Assembly: GCA_030295235.1 (NCBI GenBank)
Contig: AP026143.1
Span: forward strand, 248,001 to 312,000
DNA: 64,000 nt
Direction: 5' to 3'
Source: Fistulifera solaris
Lineage: Eukaryota
A program made the position numbers and the translations under genes. Positions within the stretch are counted from its first letter, which is position 1; every line of letters begins with the position of its first letter. Of this stretch, positions 1-12,291 are shown piece after piece. Under the pieces are notes generated by a model. That model had not been told where the DNA came from, did not search any database, and saw only the letters and a list, made by a program, of their open reading frames with translations.

Positions 1-2051
1 CCTCGTTTTGCCACCAGTCTCTTGTCTAAGCCCGGCAAAGACATGTCCCGCGCTGAAAACAGTATCAGACTTTCCAGCATTGATAAGAAAAATGTTTCTT
101 TGTCTTGCACCGTACCAGGGTATCCCAAGAAGTGCACCATATCACCAAGAAGAAAGTCTACAACAAAAGACGTCGACATAGGAAATGACCCCGATGCTTG
201 CTCGGATATCATCAGTCGATCAATCAATAGAACAAAGTTCTCAAGTAAAGAGGACACGTATTCTTTTCCCGAAGTTTTAACAGCAAATGGAAGCATGTAT
301 TTTATCATTTGCATTTCTGTTTCCATGGTTGGTAGGGCATAACAACTGAGAACTTGGTGTAGACTATGAAGTGCCGCAAGTCGCATTTGCGGTGATATAT
401 GTACAAGGGCACTCTTCACAGCAGCCAAAGGAATAGAGGAAGCAACCTGCACCTGAAATGTAGGATCCGGCTTAGTACAAAGTCGTACAATTTCCAATTT
501 CGCCCACAACACCCGATCACTGCGCGTCAGTCGATCGGCATCCCGTACCATGTCATCCGATGAAACACTGTACGATGCAAGCTCCTTCAGAAGCTCCGTG
601 AGCCCTCCTGGAACCGACGGAACGCGAGGTAAGCAAAAAGCAGCCACCTGTTGTCGGGACGAAAATGGCTGGATGGTCACGAGTGCGTGCGCCAAACTGG
701 GCACCCAGTCACTGTCCCGCGACACCAGCGTCTGCCACAAGTTGGCAATCGCTCCGCGATTGTTCCCTTGATTGCTTATGCCAACCAACAATTCGCTCAG
801 CAGCGTTGAAGAGACCGGAGTATCTACCAAAGGCAACACTGCTTCCAACGCAATGTATTTTCCCTTGCGATGCGGCGGTTGTTCCATGATTCGATCCACC
901 AGTGCCGGCAATTCTTGTGGTGGATGAACCTTGATCAAGGACTGAAAGAGAGCTGCCACCGCCTGAGCCAGCTTCCGACACGGAGGATTTTCCCACGATT
1001 CTAGCACAATTTCCATCAATTCATAGGGGACGGGAAACTCATGACTCGCACATCGACTGACGACCGTTCGCAGTGTTTTGAGTGCCATGGTGCGAACTTG
1101 AAGATCGGACGATTGCAATGCCGCACTTTCTAAAAATTCCATCACCGCGACGAGCTGTGTTTCTAGTTCTTCCCACAACACGGCGGCCACAAGACCCTGC
1201 AACAATACCACTTTGGGCAAGAGTGCCAACGAATGCAGATCTGGCCTCGACAATATATCATCCGTGCTTCCATCACGCTGCAACACAATCGCTCGGGCAT
1301 ACGCGACACACACAATGGGCAAGCGATCCGTCATGATGGCTCGACAAGTCAGCAATTGATACAAAAACGGAATCCATTGGGCCGCCACCGGTTGCGCTCG
1401 ATCGTCGTGAAGATTCTCTAAAATCGTCTTGACGACGGTCACCAACGCCACAGAATCTTGCATAAGATTCATGAACGACTGATCCAATATAGTTATTTCG
1501 GATAACTGGGTAGAGTATTGTTGTGCATAAAAGAAAAGAACGTTCAGGGTGTCCATTTGTACGGCCACGTCGAGCGACATCCAACTCAACGCTTCGGCTA
1601 TGGACGAGACCGGATCCTTCCAACAACACGTCGATGGAACGGACGCCAAAATGGACTGATACACAGCTTCATCTTCTTCGGTGGCTCGCAACAAAGACAA
1701 AACAGATTGCAGAGCTTTTCGTAACGGCAAGGGCGTTCTGTAAGATAACATCCATTCCAACAGCAGTCGATACAACGCCGGATCAATAACGTCGTTTGGT
1801 TGTTGTAAGACCCAACTTTTGAAGGCGTGCAATGCGTGCAATTGTTCTTTGATGGATGATGCTGTTGTTAACGCGTGAATCAGTGGCATCTCCTTTCGAA
1901 AAAGATCCACGGCTTGCTGCACGGAAGCGGTGGTCGTTCCGCCGCCTTGCCAACGTGCTTGATGGATGCACCCATCGTGCGGAAACGGAATGGGATCATC
2001 TTTCTGGACGGAAAGCTGTTTCTTGTTCTTCCTCTTGTGGGTCATTACCAT
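1..2051 (-). CDS. THADA: THADA/TRM732-like ARM-repeat tRNA 2'-O-methylation cofactor, 5' part (runs off window start)
   Basis: Manually translated minus-strand frame from ATG 2051/2045 (MVMTHKRKNKK...) continuing to base 1; missing from the ORF track because no stop lies in the window. Contains THADA-like segments WENPP...PPHRKGKYIALEAVL, ALVHISPQMRLAAL and LGYPGT. Confidence 0.7.
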   Translation of the reverse strand, partial: MVMTHKRKNKKQLSVQKDDPIPFPHDGCIHQARWQGGGTTTASVQQAVDLFRKEMPLIHALTTASSIKEQLHALHAFKSWVLQQPNDVIDPALYRLLLEWMLSYRTPLPLRKALQSVLSLLRATEEDEAVYQSILASVPSTCCWKDPVSSIAEALSWMSLDVAVQMDTLNVLFFYAQQYSTQLSEITILDQSFMNLMQDSVALVTVVKTILENLHDDRAQPVAAQWIPFLYQLLTCRAIMTDRLPIVCVAYARAIVLQRDGSTDDILSRPDLHSLALLPKVVLLQGLVAAVLWEELETQLVAVMEFLESAALQSSDLQVRTMALKTLRTVVSRCASHEFPVPYELMEIVLESWENPPCRKLAQAVAALFQSLIKVHPPQELPALVDRIMEQPPHRKGKYIALEAVLPLVDTPVSSTLLSELLVGISNQGNNRGAIANLWQTLVSRDSDWVPSLAHALVTIQPFSSRQQVAAFCLPRVPSVPGGLTELLKELASYSVSSDDMVRDADRLTRSDRVLWAKLEIVRLCTKPDPTFQVQVASSIPLAAVKSALVHISPQMRLAALHSLHQVLSCYALPTMETEMQMIKYMLPFAVKTSGKEYVSSLLENFVLLIDRLMISEQASGSFPMSTSFVVDFLLGDMVHFLGYPGTVQDKETFFLSMLESLILFSARDMSLPGLDKRLVAKR

Positions 2052-2422
2052 GTTGATGATTTATTGAATCAATAATGACAGAGGGTCTATCGTTATTATG
2101 GATTAAATCAGAGGCGAGACAAAAAAAATTGAAGAAAGGAATAACAACGAAAAAATGAAGGGTGTGAGAAGTGAGAAATCGTCCCACAACGGGAGAAGGT
2201 TCGACGTCAAAAATTTACTCTCGTATGCGGAGTGCGGAGTACTGTGCAAAGGATAGATGGCGGAACGGGTGCGTTCTTTATGAGCGTGACTTAACTCATC
2301 TGCAATCCCGGTAATGAATTTTCTCTATCTCGCGAAGTGTAGTACCAAATTGGTGAGTTATGATGATTTATTTCGTCGCCGCCATATATTGTGTTTGCTA
2401 TAATATTATTTCCAAGCCAGCC

Positions 2423-3409
2423 ATGACCGTCCTTTGGTTATTGCTCTTTCTTATTGGCGGAGCCTTCACTGTCGATGTGAAGATTGTGCAATTGGGTGAT
2501 TCCTATTCGTCGGGGGTCGGGGCTGTTGCAACAAGACATGAGTACGACACGGTCATTCCAGAATGTTGGCGGAGTTTACACGGTCGGGGAGGTCAATATG
2601 CGGAACACTTACTCGTTGCAAATAATAATAATTACAATGTCACGTATGTGAATGGTGCCTGTTCGGGGGCCAAATCACACGATTTGTTGAACGCCAATCT
2701 CGTGAGTCAGAAATGGGGATTGTGTCCTTTGCAAAGAAAACGGAATACCGCGGAAGTTTTTTACAATCGAACGCGCTTCAAATTGAAATGCAACAAGTAC
2801 GCCGTGCCACAAATCAATTATGTGGATCCAGCGACCGATCTGGTCCTCTTGACGATTGGAGGGAATGATGCATTATTTTCTCGACTCTTATCGACCTGCA
2901 TTCTGGGAATTTCTATTCGCGAAGCTCGCAAATGCTTGGAGATTTTAGAGGAAGCACGCACGACGCAAGTCAATTACACCGAAACAATCAAAGAAGCATT
3001 AGTAGAAATTTGGTACAAGATGGGAGAATCCGGCAAAATTGTGGTGTTTCAGTATCCGCACTTGATCCAAAATTATTCTCGTATCTGGAACGACCCTCGT
3101 TCCGGAATCTCCATTGATGGTCCGCAACTGGTTCGTGAATTCACGGAAGAGGGGAATCACGCGTATCTAGTTGCGGCGAAAGAGCTCAATACGGCAATGG
3201 GCGTCGAATTCCTTACGATATATGACAAGACCATGGATATCTTTGCTGGTCACGAACCGGATCCCAGAAAACACAGCCGAAATGATGATCGTTGGATTTC
3301 GGAGTTTGAACGACCCATAGGCTCTGTGTATCATCCCAATCAGAGAGGTCATTCGGAGTGGGGAGCCGCCGTCGCTTTACAGTGTGTTTTTGGTGTCAAT
3401 CTGTTTTAA
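2423..3409 (+). CDS. Secreted SGNH/GDSL-family esterase/lipase (Streptomyces SsEst/SrLip-like subtype)
   Basis: Signal peptide MTVLWLLLFLIGGAFT; blocks GDSYSSG, ACSGA, TIGGND, YHPN; intronless. Confidence 0.85.
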   Translation: MTVLWLLLFLIGGAFTVDVKIVQLGDSYSSGVGAVATRHEYDTVIPECWRSLHGRGGQYAEHLLVANNNNYNVTYVNGACSGAKSHDLLNANLVSQKWGLCPLQRKRNTAEVFYNRTRFKLKCNKYAVPQINYVDPATDLVLLTIGGNDALFSRLLSTCILGISIREARKCLEILEEARTTQVNYTETIKEALVEIWYKMGESGKIVVFQYPHLIQNYSRIWNDPRSGISIDGPQLVREFTEEGNHAYLVAAKELNTAMGVEFLTIYDKTMDIFAGHEPDPRKHSRNDDRWISEFERPIGSVYHPNQRGHSEWGAAVALQCVFGVNLF

Positions 3410-3738
3410 CGCGGCTAGCACTCGTAGCAGAAGATGCACAAAGGAGTCCCTTGCTGCGCATTGAATGTCTAATCAATTCTGGGGCGGAGGGCTCTATTGC
3501 CGAGGGATTCACGAAAACACGATGAGACCGCTAGGTAACAAAGTCTAGTACGGAGCACTTATTTCGGATAGCAAAAGATCGCAACTAAATGTGGCTCTTG
3601 TTGCGAATCTATGACGAGCCACGACAAAAGTATATCCAGGAAAATTTTTTCCGGCATTTAACACTCCTTATGCGGTGACTGATGACACTACTCTATACAG
3701 AAGGCAAATTGAAAGGTGTTGCGTGTTCATCTGGTCTA

Positions 3739-5620
3739 TCATGCACTCTCAGCCTCTTCGTCATGACTCACTTCCTCGTCGATGCTCTGTAAATCTCTGA
3801 ACGAACTGGTTTGCTGAGCGGACTCAACTTCTGATTCATCGTTCCTCGGAGGGTCTATGTTGTCATCAACTTCTATAAATGTCGGTTCACCCTTAGGATT
3901 AGCTTCTGATATCAGTTGGTCGAGCATTTCATCAATGAGGTCTTTTCGGTCCCCTGCAGGTCGAAGCATGTTGATGACATCAATCATCTTTGTCAAAAAT
4001 GCGGAAAAGAACAAAAAGCCAACCAGAATAACTGCAGGAATCCACAACAAATCGGAGACAATGATTACTTCGGGGTCGACATAAAAGTCCCCCAAACCAA
4101 CAGTGGTGCTCGTAAGGAAAGCAAACCAGAATGCATCATCGAAACTGAAGAAATTACCAAGACGGCCCTCCTTCCAGCGCATGTACAATTCGGCTTGGAC
4201 AACCATCCAACCCCAATACGCACCAGTCCAAAATAGAAAGGATACCCACGGACGTGTAATAAAAGCAGGATGCACCCTTCCAAGAAAATCGTCGAAGATT
4301 GCAGAGACGACTCGTCCAGCCCGAGCGAGTATAATACCAAACATAAGAATGCCTATAAAACCAAACGAAATTATAAGCGAGCGCCCGACACTTGTAGTTG
4401 GGGTTTGGTTCCCATAGCCGACACTGAAACAGAAATTGGAAATGTGAGTGCCCTACCTGGTACCCATGAAATGGATGACTGCATCTCAGTGTACTCACGT
4501 TGTCATAATGGTGAAAAAAAGAAGGCCGACGCAGCGGAATTGAATCCACAAGCCTCGCCCCCCGTTGCCAGTGTAGCCGTCTCCCATAATGCTTTACTAT
4601 GAGCCTCTTCGGAGGAGAGATTGTCTCTCGTCATGTATATTTCGGCTAGCTCCTTCATTTTCGTCTGCCGGTCCTTTTCCCATTGATTTTCATAAAATTC
4701 GTGCTGCTCTGCGTATCGCACTTCTTCGATTCGGTGCGCCACTCGTCGTTGCTTACCAACTTTGATGGTCCTTGAAGAGACCCCTGATGCACCTTCATAG
4801 CAGCGAATCCAGTTGAAACTCAAATCCCCATCCAGTTCCCGAGCCGTTCTTAGAGCGCGCTTGATAAGCTCCTCTATTTTCGGACTAGAAATTCTTCCAC
4901 ATCGAGCCATGAAAGTTTTCAATTCTGGCGATATAGTTACAGTCTCGTTCATCGCAAATTGTCGAGTTTCGTAGACATAATTATTGTTTTGCGCTTCAAA
5001 AACGTCTGTAATATAATCGTGTAAATTCGAGTCGGTATCTTGCGTCAAATTCGCTTTGATTCGCATGTATTGATCAAAACATAGTAGGGGCAGCGATCGT
5101 GTGTAATTCGAGGCTAACCAAGAAATCATCCTTACTTCGTCGCGCGCTGCAAGATAAGAATCGTTTGCCCTAACTGTGAGATGAAAGCACAGAAAAGTGT
5201 ACGGTGAGTCCAGTACGAAGCGAAGAAGTCCGCACTTTCCAACAGAATACCTATCTCACCTTCATTCGGCGCTTCTACTAAAGAAAGAAAGTAACCAAAC
5301 CCGAGACTGATAAAAATAATCAGCCACAGAGGAAGAAGGACTCCAAGTAGAATCGAAAACATCCGAGGATGACGCAAGCAAATAGCTCTTCCTCCACTCA
5401 CACTGTGTTTGATGCCCGCCTTGGTAGCTTCAGCAGCTAGATGAGCACTTCGTGATACCAGTTGCGCCGACTGGTGTAAACTTTTATCGATCGCTTTGCA
5501 AACGCGACTATCGGACCTAGGGGAGGAAACCGTGTTCCGCGACGAATTGCGGTGAAATAGCGTCATTGCCTCACTAGCGACCGTATCCTCTGCGGAGTTC
5601 TCGCTCGTGTCCGGTGACAT
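3739..5620 (-). CDS. Two-pore-domain (K2P/TPK-like) potassium channel, multi-exon
   Basis: Pore loop 1 FFFTIMTT|VGYGNPTP (split by intron ~4425-4497) and pore loop 2 FLTSTTVGLGDF, with flanking TM helices; ORF pieces 5132-5620, 4503-5129 and 3739-4344. Confidence 0.85.
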
Positions 5621-6235
5621 TGTGATTCAAATAAAAGATATGAAAGATTATTCAATTGGTAATATGTTTTTTTAAAGAAAGATGAAGCGTTCGTTTATGA
5701 TACAAGTTTGTTTTATGTAATGCATCCATCGTCCTTCCATAATTTTACGACACTCTATACTCCGTACTCTCCACTTCGTAACCGCGCGACAGCGCGTTAA
5801 TCACTGTACGCAGTAAAGTAGTAAAGCTGTTTCGCATGGACCAAAGACCAAAACGACGTAAATCGAAAACCTTGTCAGTACCGTTTGCTCCAAAAACTTA
5901 CATCCAAGACTTAGAATGTACACTAGCGTTTACAGTTGACAATAATACAGTACCAATATTCAATCGTGTGTCTATACAGAGGAGTGCGGACGACTTTTTC
6001 GCGCGCAAAAACGGCGCATCAGACGTTTGGGGCTTTGGGCCTGAGAGTCTTGTTTCGTCTAACCGAACTCATGACTCTCATGACAAAACGCTTGTTGTTT
6101 TGTCCACCTTCGGCACTTATTTATATCTGCGGCAACCTTCCACTTTCGATGCTGTTGAGAACAACCATAAGCGCCTTCATGCACTACATTGTTCAACAGC
6201 TCACCGCAGTGGAATGTTGGTGAAAGTTTCCGCTG

Positions 6236-6892
6236 ATGAGACACTATCATGTATACGTACTCATCATTTCCCTTTCAGCTCTAGTTGCTCAGGCATGGAT
6301 TTTTCAAAAGACAACTCGCTTCCCTTCAGGTACAAATGATGATGTCGTACACCAATATTTTATGAAGCAAGCATTAGAACAAGCGCGGAAGGTCGGAAAG
6401 CAGGGAGAAGTTCCCATTGGTGCAGCCATTGTACGAAATGATACAATCTCCTCCGCTTCAGACCAAGTCTACACCCTTCTTTCCGCCCAGGCCAATCAAG
6501 TCGAAACGCGGTCGGATGCTTCGGCTCACGCCGAACTCGTTTCGCTCCGCCAGGCCGCAGCGCGTCAACGGAATTGGCGACTCCTCAATTGCACCTTGTA
6601 TTCGACGTTGGAGCCGTGTGCCATGTGCTTATCGGCCGCCCTAGCGTTTCGCATCGACTCGATAGTATACGGGGCACCGGATCTGCGACTGGGTGCCATT
6701 GTCACTCATCAACAACTTTTGAATCAATCTCATCCGTTTCACGCCATTTCTGCTGTCGTCAGTGGGGTTTTGGAAGAGGAATCCGCAGAACTGTTACGGA
6801 ATTTCTTTCGCGAACGACGACAACAACAAGGTAGTCAAGTCCGGCGTCCTGTCAGCGGTAAAAACTTCCTTTGGAAGCTCCGAAAACATTGA
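6236..6892 (+). CDS. tadA: tRNA adenosine-34 deaminase (TadA-type), probably plastid-targeted
   Basis: GEVPIGA, AHAE, NWRL, TLEPCAMC motifs; N-terminal signal peptide ending AQA-W, a bipartite-like presequence. Confidence 0.85.
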   Translation: MRHYHVYVLIISLSALVAQAWIFQKTTRFPSGTNDDVVHQYFMKQALEQARKVGKQGEVPIGAAIVRNDTISSASDQVYTLLSAQANQVETRSDASAHAELVSLRQAAARQRNWRLLNCTLYSTLEPCAMCLSAALAFRIDSIVYGAPDLRLGAIVTHQQLLNQSHPFHAISAVVSGVLEEESAELLRNFFRERRQQQGSQVRRPVSGKNFLWKLRKH

Positions 6893-7372
6893 TAATCAAG
6901 TTGTTTTGAAAGTGAGTTCTCCATAGCTCCTGATGAATGCTTAGTGCGAGCACGCCGGGACAAAATGTGATCGTCGTCGATTGGGCTAGTGTCTTTTACA
7001 AGCATTCATTGCAGCAATCCGGCGCAAGAAACCTACTGTCTCACCCAAACTGATAGCTTGCTTTAGAAGAAAGCTGTATATCATGCTACTCGGAGTACTT
7101 CTTTGATAGGGTATTCTCTAGACAATTTCATAAGTTAGCTTTAGCAGTCTTGAGTGATAGTGCGACATAACTGCACGGTACGACAGGTTGTCGGGGTACT
7201 TTAAGAGAGACAGTGGCGGTTTTGATTCATTGCACAGTTGCGTTTATTTTCTTACTCCGTATGTGTGTTCGGTGTTTTGTTGTTGATGGGAACGAAGAGA
7301 ATACCATCCGTTATTCCCTTCGACAAGCCTGGCTTTTGCTATCTATAAAGCAATTACAGACACAATACAACC

Positions 7373-9434
7373 ATGGAAGTGAAAGAAAGTACTTGCCGGC
7401 CACGCACGATAAAGAAGAAAGATTATGCGTACGCAACGAAATTCGGACTTGTTCTGACGGCCGTAACCGTCTCCTTGTTCGTTCTCTTGTCATTCGTCTC
7501 TTCCCCCGAATCAATTCCGCGTCGCTTTCTCGAAGAAGACGACAGCAACAAGAACAATAACGGCGACGAAGATTACTCGGCATACTCGTGTCATTATTTG
7601 TACGAGAAAACACCTCAACCGGGCGAAGAACAGTGTCGTTTCGCTCGCACGTGCAATGGCGGCGACGGAATTTGGGCACCCTTTCTCTTTTGTTCGAATA
7701 ATCAGAGATTTTCAACGACGTTCTTGGCTTGGCTGATATCACCCATCATATTACTTTGGATGGTCTTATTGTTTCGGTTGCTGGGCAGTTCGGCGGAGGA
7801 TTTCTTTTCCCCCGCGCTCGAAATGTTTTCCATCAAACTCGGATTGCCACCGCGCTTTGCGGGGGTGACGTTGCTGGCGCTAGGAAATGGTGCGGCGGAT
7901 GTATCGGCAACCATTTCCGCCATTAAAAGTGATCCCGAAAAAGGATACGAATTATCGCTCGGGGCGTTGACGGGCGCGGCCATGTTCATCTCGGGTTTGA
8001 TCAGTGCCGTCGTCGTCTTGGCGGCCCACGGTGTCCCCTGTCGCGGGGCACTCGTCCGCGATGTCACCATGTTGTGCATCACGGTACTCGTGGTATGGCA
8101 TCAATTGCGTCAAGGCAAGGTGGGACCGGAAACGATGACGATCTTTGTGAGTTTGTACTTGTGCTTTGTGTTGTTGGTGCTGGCGGCCGACATTTATCAC
8201 CGGGCCGTGGTGATTCCCCGACTGGCCGTGGCGGCCCGAGAACGCGAACGGCGGCGGCAATTGGAAGCGCAACAAATACACGAAGCCACCGTGCAGCCAA
8301 GTGAAGATGTGTCGGACGTCACACGAACGCCATGGGCCATGGCGATCACGGCATTGAGTAATTATGATAATGCGGAGAATTCACAAGCAGGATGGGCTGT
8401 CGAATCCGACGACTTGGCCGAAGAGAGACCCGTCGTACTACACGGAAGTCATGGGATCTTACGCGGCGGAGATGGTCACGACGCAGATCATTCCAATTAC
8501 AGTATATTGAACGTGGATTCGGCTTGTGTGGAATCCGAAAGTCCGGGTGTACCAGCGGGGAGCTGGAAAACTTCATTCAAAGACGGACGGAAAGAGTTGA
8601 TCGATCACTTGTATGCCGTTTGGGGGGATATATTTTGGAATGAAGATGTGGATTTGTTAACGCAATTCTTGTTACTGTGCGAGTTTCCGTTTACGTTTCT
8701 GCGAAAGGTCACCATTCCCATCCCCTGCGAGGGTCACTATGTTCGTGGTCTGGTTGCTCTCTCCATGGTATTATCTCCGGTATGGTTCATGTACTACTTG
8801 TGGAGAAGCCACAGTTACAATATGTTTTCCGACCTGGGGTGGTTGTACTTTTACTTGCATGGATGACCATGGGGCGGCAGCCATGTGCATTCTACGATAC
8901 GCTCCCAATGGAGAAGGCGAGATATCACTGCCGATCGCCACTCCCATTGCTCTCTACGGATTCATTATAGCAGCAACTTGGATCGATACGGTTGCCGATG
9001 CGCTGGTGTCGTTGCTCAACTTTTTGGGAATTATTCTTCGAATACCAGGTCCCATCATCGGTTTGACCATTCTCGCTTGGGGCAACAGTATGGGAGATCT
9101 CAGCGCGAACGTCACCATGGCCCGCAAAGGCCTCGGAAACATGGCCATGACGGCCTGTTTCGCGGGGCCCGTATTCAACATTTTAATTGGTCTGGGTTTG
9201 GGCTTTGGATCCCTAGCGGCGATTACCGGAAATCCCGAAACGGCGGTACATCTTTCACCCTCCATCGTGTCGGGTCTTTTGTTCATTGCCTTGAACGGAA
9301 TCCTCATATTAACAGTCGGTCTGGCGTTTGGTGTCCCAGGGCGCATTGACACATCGTACGGTTTTTCGGCTTTGGCGCTGTATGTGGCCTATCTGGTCAC
9401 CGCAATCTCATTGCAGTATTCCCAGTATTCGTAG
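7373..9434 (+). CDS. Cation/Ca2+ exchanger (CCX/NCLX family); apparent frameshifts near 8850-8880
   Basis: Alpha-1 repeat AGVTLLALGNGAADV and alpha-2 repeat GLTILAWGNSMGD...AMTACFAGP lie in two overlapping ORFs. Confidence 0.9.
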
Positions 9435-9623
9435 AGGGGATGCAATGCATTACAAAAATTGAGAATGAATGAACAACTGCTAGGCACATCCCTACTATTC
9501 ATAAGACTGTAAGACTTAGGTACATTCAATATTGAGTTAACGATAATAGAAGCGGCGATTAATACGGAGTAGTGTTTAGAATAGCCAAAATTGATTACAT
9601 TTAAGAAAGCAAAACTGGGGAAA

Positions 9624-10136
9624 TCAGGTGGTAGGCGAAAGTTTCTCCTCCCCGGAATAGAATCTCGACCTGAGCGGAGGCAGTTGACATTTTTTGGACG
9701 GTGTAGCTTCATCCGACTGTTGCGACATTTCGTACAATTTCGTCCATCGGTATCGTCGATCGTGAACTTGTCGAGCCTTGTGGAAATAAGCCTTCTCCAG
9801 TTTTGTGGCGTAGGCAATCTTGGCGGTAATCGTTTGTTGTTGGCTGGCCTCCATCGATGGTAAATCACCTTGCTCCTTTAGGACACGCACCATCATTTTA
9901 CGCTTTTTGCCCACTTCAATGGCTTTGTCGAGATACGCCAGCTCGACACGCACCGCTTTGTCAATCTTGGCTCGTAAATCATCGCGCTTGGCGGGTCCTT
10001 TCGACGATGATTTGACGTCCTCGTCGGCATTGCGAACATCCAGCCGTGGACTCGCTATTCTTCCGGCATGCTCGTCATTCCAATGAACATGCGATGTCAT
10101 CGTGTTTCTTGTTGGTATCTCTGAGGGACGGTTCAT
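9624..10136 (-). CDS. Hypothetical protein (170 aa, basic and helical)
   Basis: ATG-started ORF with A-rich upstream context; no recognisable domain. Confidence 0.5.
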   Translation of the reverse strand: MNRPSEIPTRNTMTSHVHWNDEHAGRIASPRLDVRNADEDVKSSSKGPAKRDDLRAKIDKAVRVELAYLDKAIEVGKKRKMMVRVLKEQGDLPSMEASQQQTITAKIAYATKLEKAYFHKARQVHDRRYRWTKLYEMSQQSDEATPSKKCQLPPLRSRFYSGEEKLSPTT

Positions 10137-11158
10137 GATAATGACACAAAAAGATATTATTTGCTCTTCACGAGAACTATTGCAAAAAGAGAAATAAATA
10201 ACAAAGCATCACTTGGTATTATTACAAGACGAGAATTGGCACGTTCGTTTCCATTTTCCGTTACAGTCGCCGTTTTGGTTCGTTCGACTCCATCAACTCC
10301 AATGATAGTAGAAGAAAGAGTACAAGAATTCGTCAAATTCCAATCGCATCCTACACGCGTGGCTCGCTCGTCATTTCGAAGGGCCTATTTCCAGACTATC
10401 TTTTATCTTTTATTTACTTTTATTGAAATGCCAATATAAAGTGTACTATATCTAACCAAATTTTCATACATACATTGGCCGGGGTATTGAAGTTACAGTG
10501 ACAAATAACGACAAATGCGAATATGATCTAATGTTATTAAGCCCCACATTCTGAAATGACTTTGTCTACTCTAGCAGGAAGTGTTAATGATGATTCATGA
10601 AACGATCGAACCAGATTCCGTCTTATTTATTGTGAAACACGGATCGGAGTTGATAATATGTGACTACTGATACAATACGTAGTTCGTCTTTCAAACTTAT
10701 TGCCTCCTTCGTTCTACATAATAGTATCTGACGGATTCGTGATTCGTGTTTCAGAACTAGTGTAAAAAGTGTAGATTCTCAAAAGATTCAATTTCGAAGA
10801 ATCTCATTCATAGTAGTACTTCTTTCCATTGTTGTCTAAAAGCCCTATGCCCTTTTTTCAACAATTCACGAACGTCCATAAGAAAGCCGGCCGCTGTATT
10901 GTTCTTGAGCCTTGAGCTTTCTTTTTGTCGTCACAGGCGTCCAGTGAAGCAAATGTCTCGCAGTCATTCGTGACCCGTGACTCGGCTCTACTGTACTATC
11001 TAAACCAGAGTTTTTAATGGAAGAAGGCCGATGTTCTGTCCCGCTTCAGCCTTCGAATTTTCAACCCTTCCTTCTCCGCAACAAGTCACGTTTTCTAGGG
11101 CTTAGAGGTCTATCGTATCCATAAAGTTAGGTATTGCTATACGGCGTCTAGGTTCCAG

Positions 11159-12291
11159 TCACGCGAAAAAGTCCCGCCGCAACTTTAGGAACGACCACTC
11201 GACCGAACGACCGAATCCTCTCTGGCTATTAACTTCTTTCGAAAACAGAGCAAAGCCGTTGTCTTTGAGGGCATCAAAGAAGTCAGTAACCTTCATGGCC
11301 GGGAAGATTCCAAAGGGAGTGTCCTTTTCTGTGTGGGGTAATGGAAGATCATGGGTTTCGATCATGATTTGTCGTATATCCGCGCTCACCCAATCCTTAT
11401 AGTTGTGCCTAATAGAATGCATAGACGTTAGTTTTGACCACACAAACCAGACTTAAAGCCCGTGCAGCACATACCATTCACAACCTTCACAATCAATTTT
11501 GAACAAATCAATGGTGCGCTCTTCGTGCCCTAAACGGCGGCGTATCTCTTGAAACGATAGAAAGGTTTGTCCTCGTGCAATGGCTCGTTTCCTATACTTT
11601 GAGGAATAGCTGCTCCCCAGACCCCATTGATGATAATGTATATTCCAGCCTTCCGTATCATTTCGTTGGAAATCTCCAAAATCAAATACGTGTATTTCAC
11701 AAAGTGGACCGCCCCACAACTCGATCAGACCCAGCTCCCAAAGATAGTTTCCTCGTGACCCAATCGAATACACCAAACTTTACATACAATGCAAGTGATT
11801 TTGTTAGAACTAGTGCAGATTTCATTCCGAATCACTCGTCAACCACTATTTTATCACGTACCACGACGCATCGGGCCGTTCGCGGGCAATTCGTACGAGC
11901 CGCTCGGCATCACAGGTCCATTTGGGACCACCCCCAATCCCCCAATTTTCCGTTTGTGCGGACACACAAAATACGGATCCCCATTGAAGAAATTCCACTG
12001 GGCGGGAAATTTAATGCCCTGGAGGGGATCTTCTAGCACACGGTAATGTCGGGCTTGTCGGGCCCGATTTTGATACAATCGCTGCCATTTTTCATTCGGA
12101 ATGTCATCAAAGAAGCCAAACGATTGATCGTAAGCGAGGGAATATTCGGGTATCACAGTGGTGGTCAAATCGGTGCTTTCCTCCAACGCGCGGTGCATCC
12201 GACAGAAAAGAGCCGTCCACAAATTGGTCACAAGGGTCCAGAAAATCACCGTCTTCCACGAAACACTACCAGAAAGCAATTGCTGTTTCAT
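11159..12291 (-). CDS. Type II membrane methyltransferase (METTL24/Methyltransf_22-like), multi-exon
   Basis: N-terminal TM anchor; VYSIGS, CEIHVFD, TIDLFKIDCEGCEW and RQIMIETH motifs spread over three ORF pieces. Confidence 0.8.

Noticed and set aside
5836..6339. 167-aa ORF upstream of and overlapping tadA
   Set aside because: No motif, and it overlaps the tadA 5' region out of frame.
1..6892. tRNA-modification cluster (THADA plus TadA)
   Set aside because: Different predicted compartments and unrelated genes lie between them.
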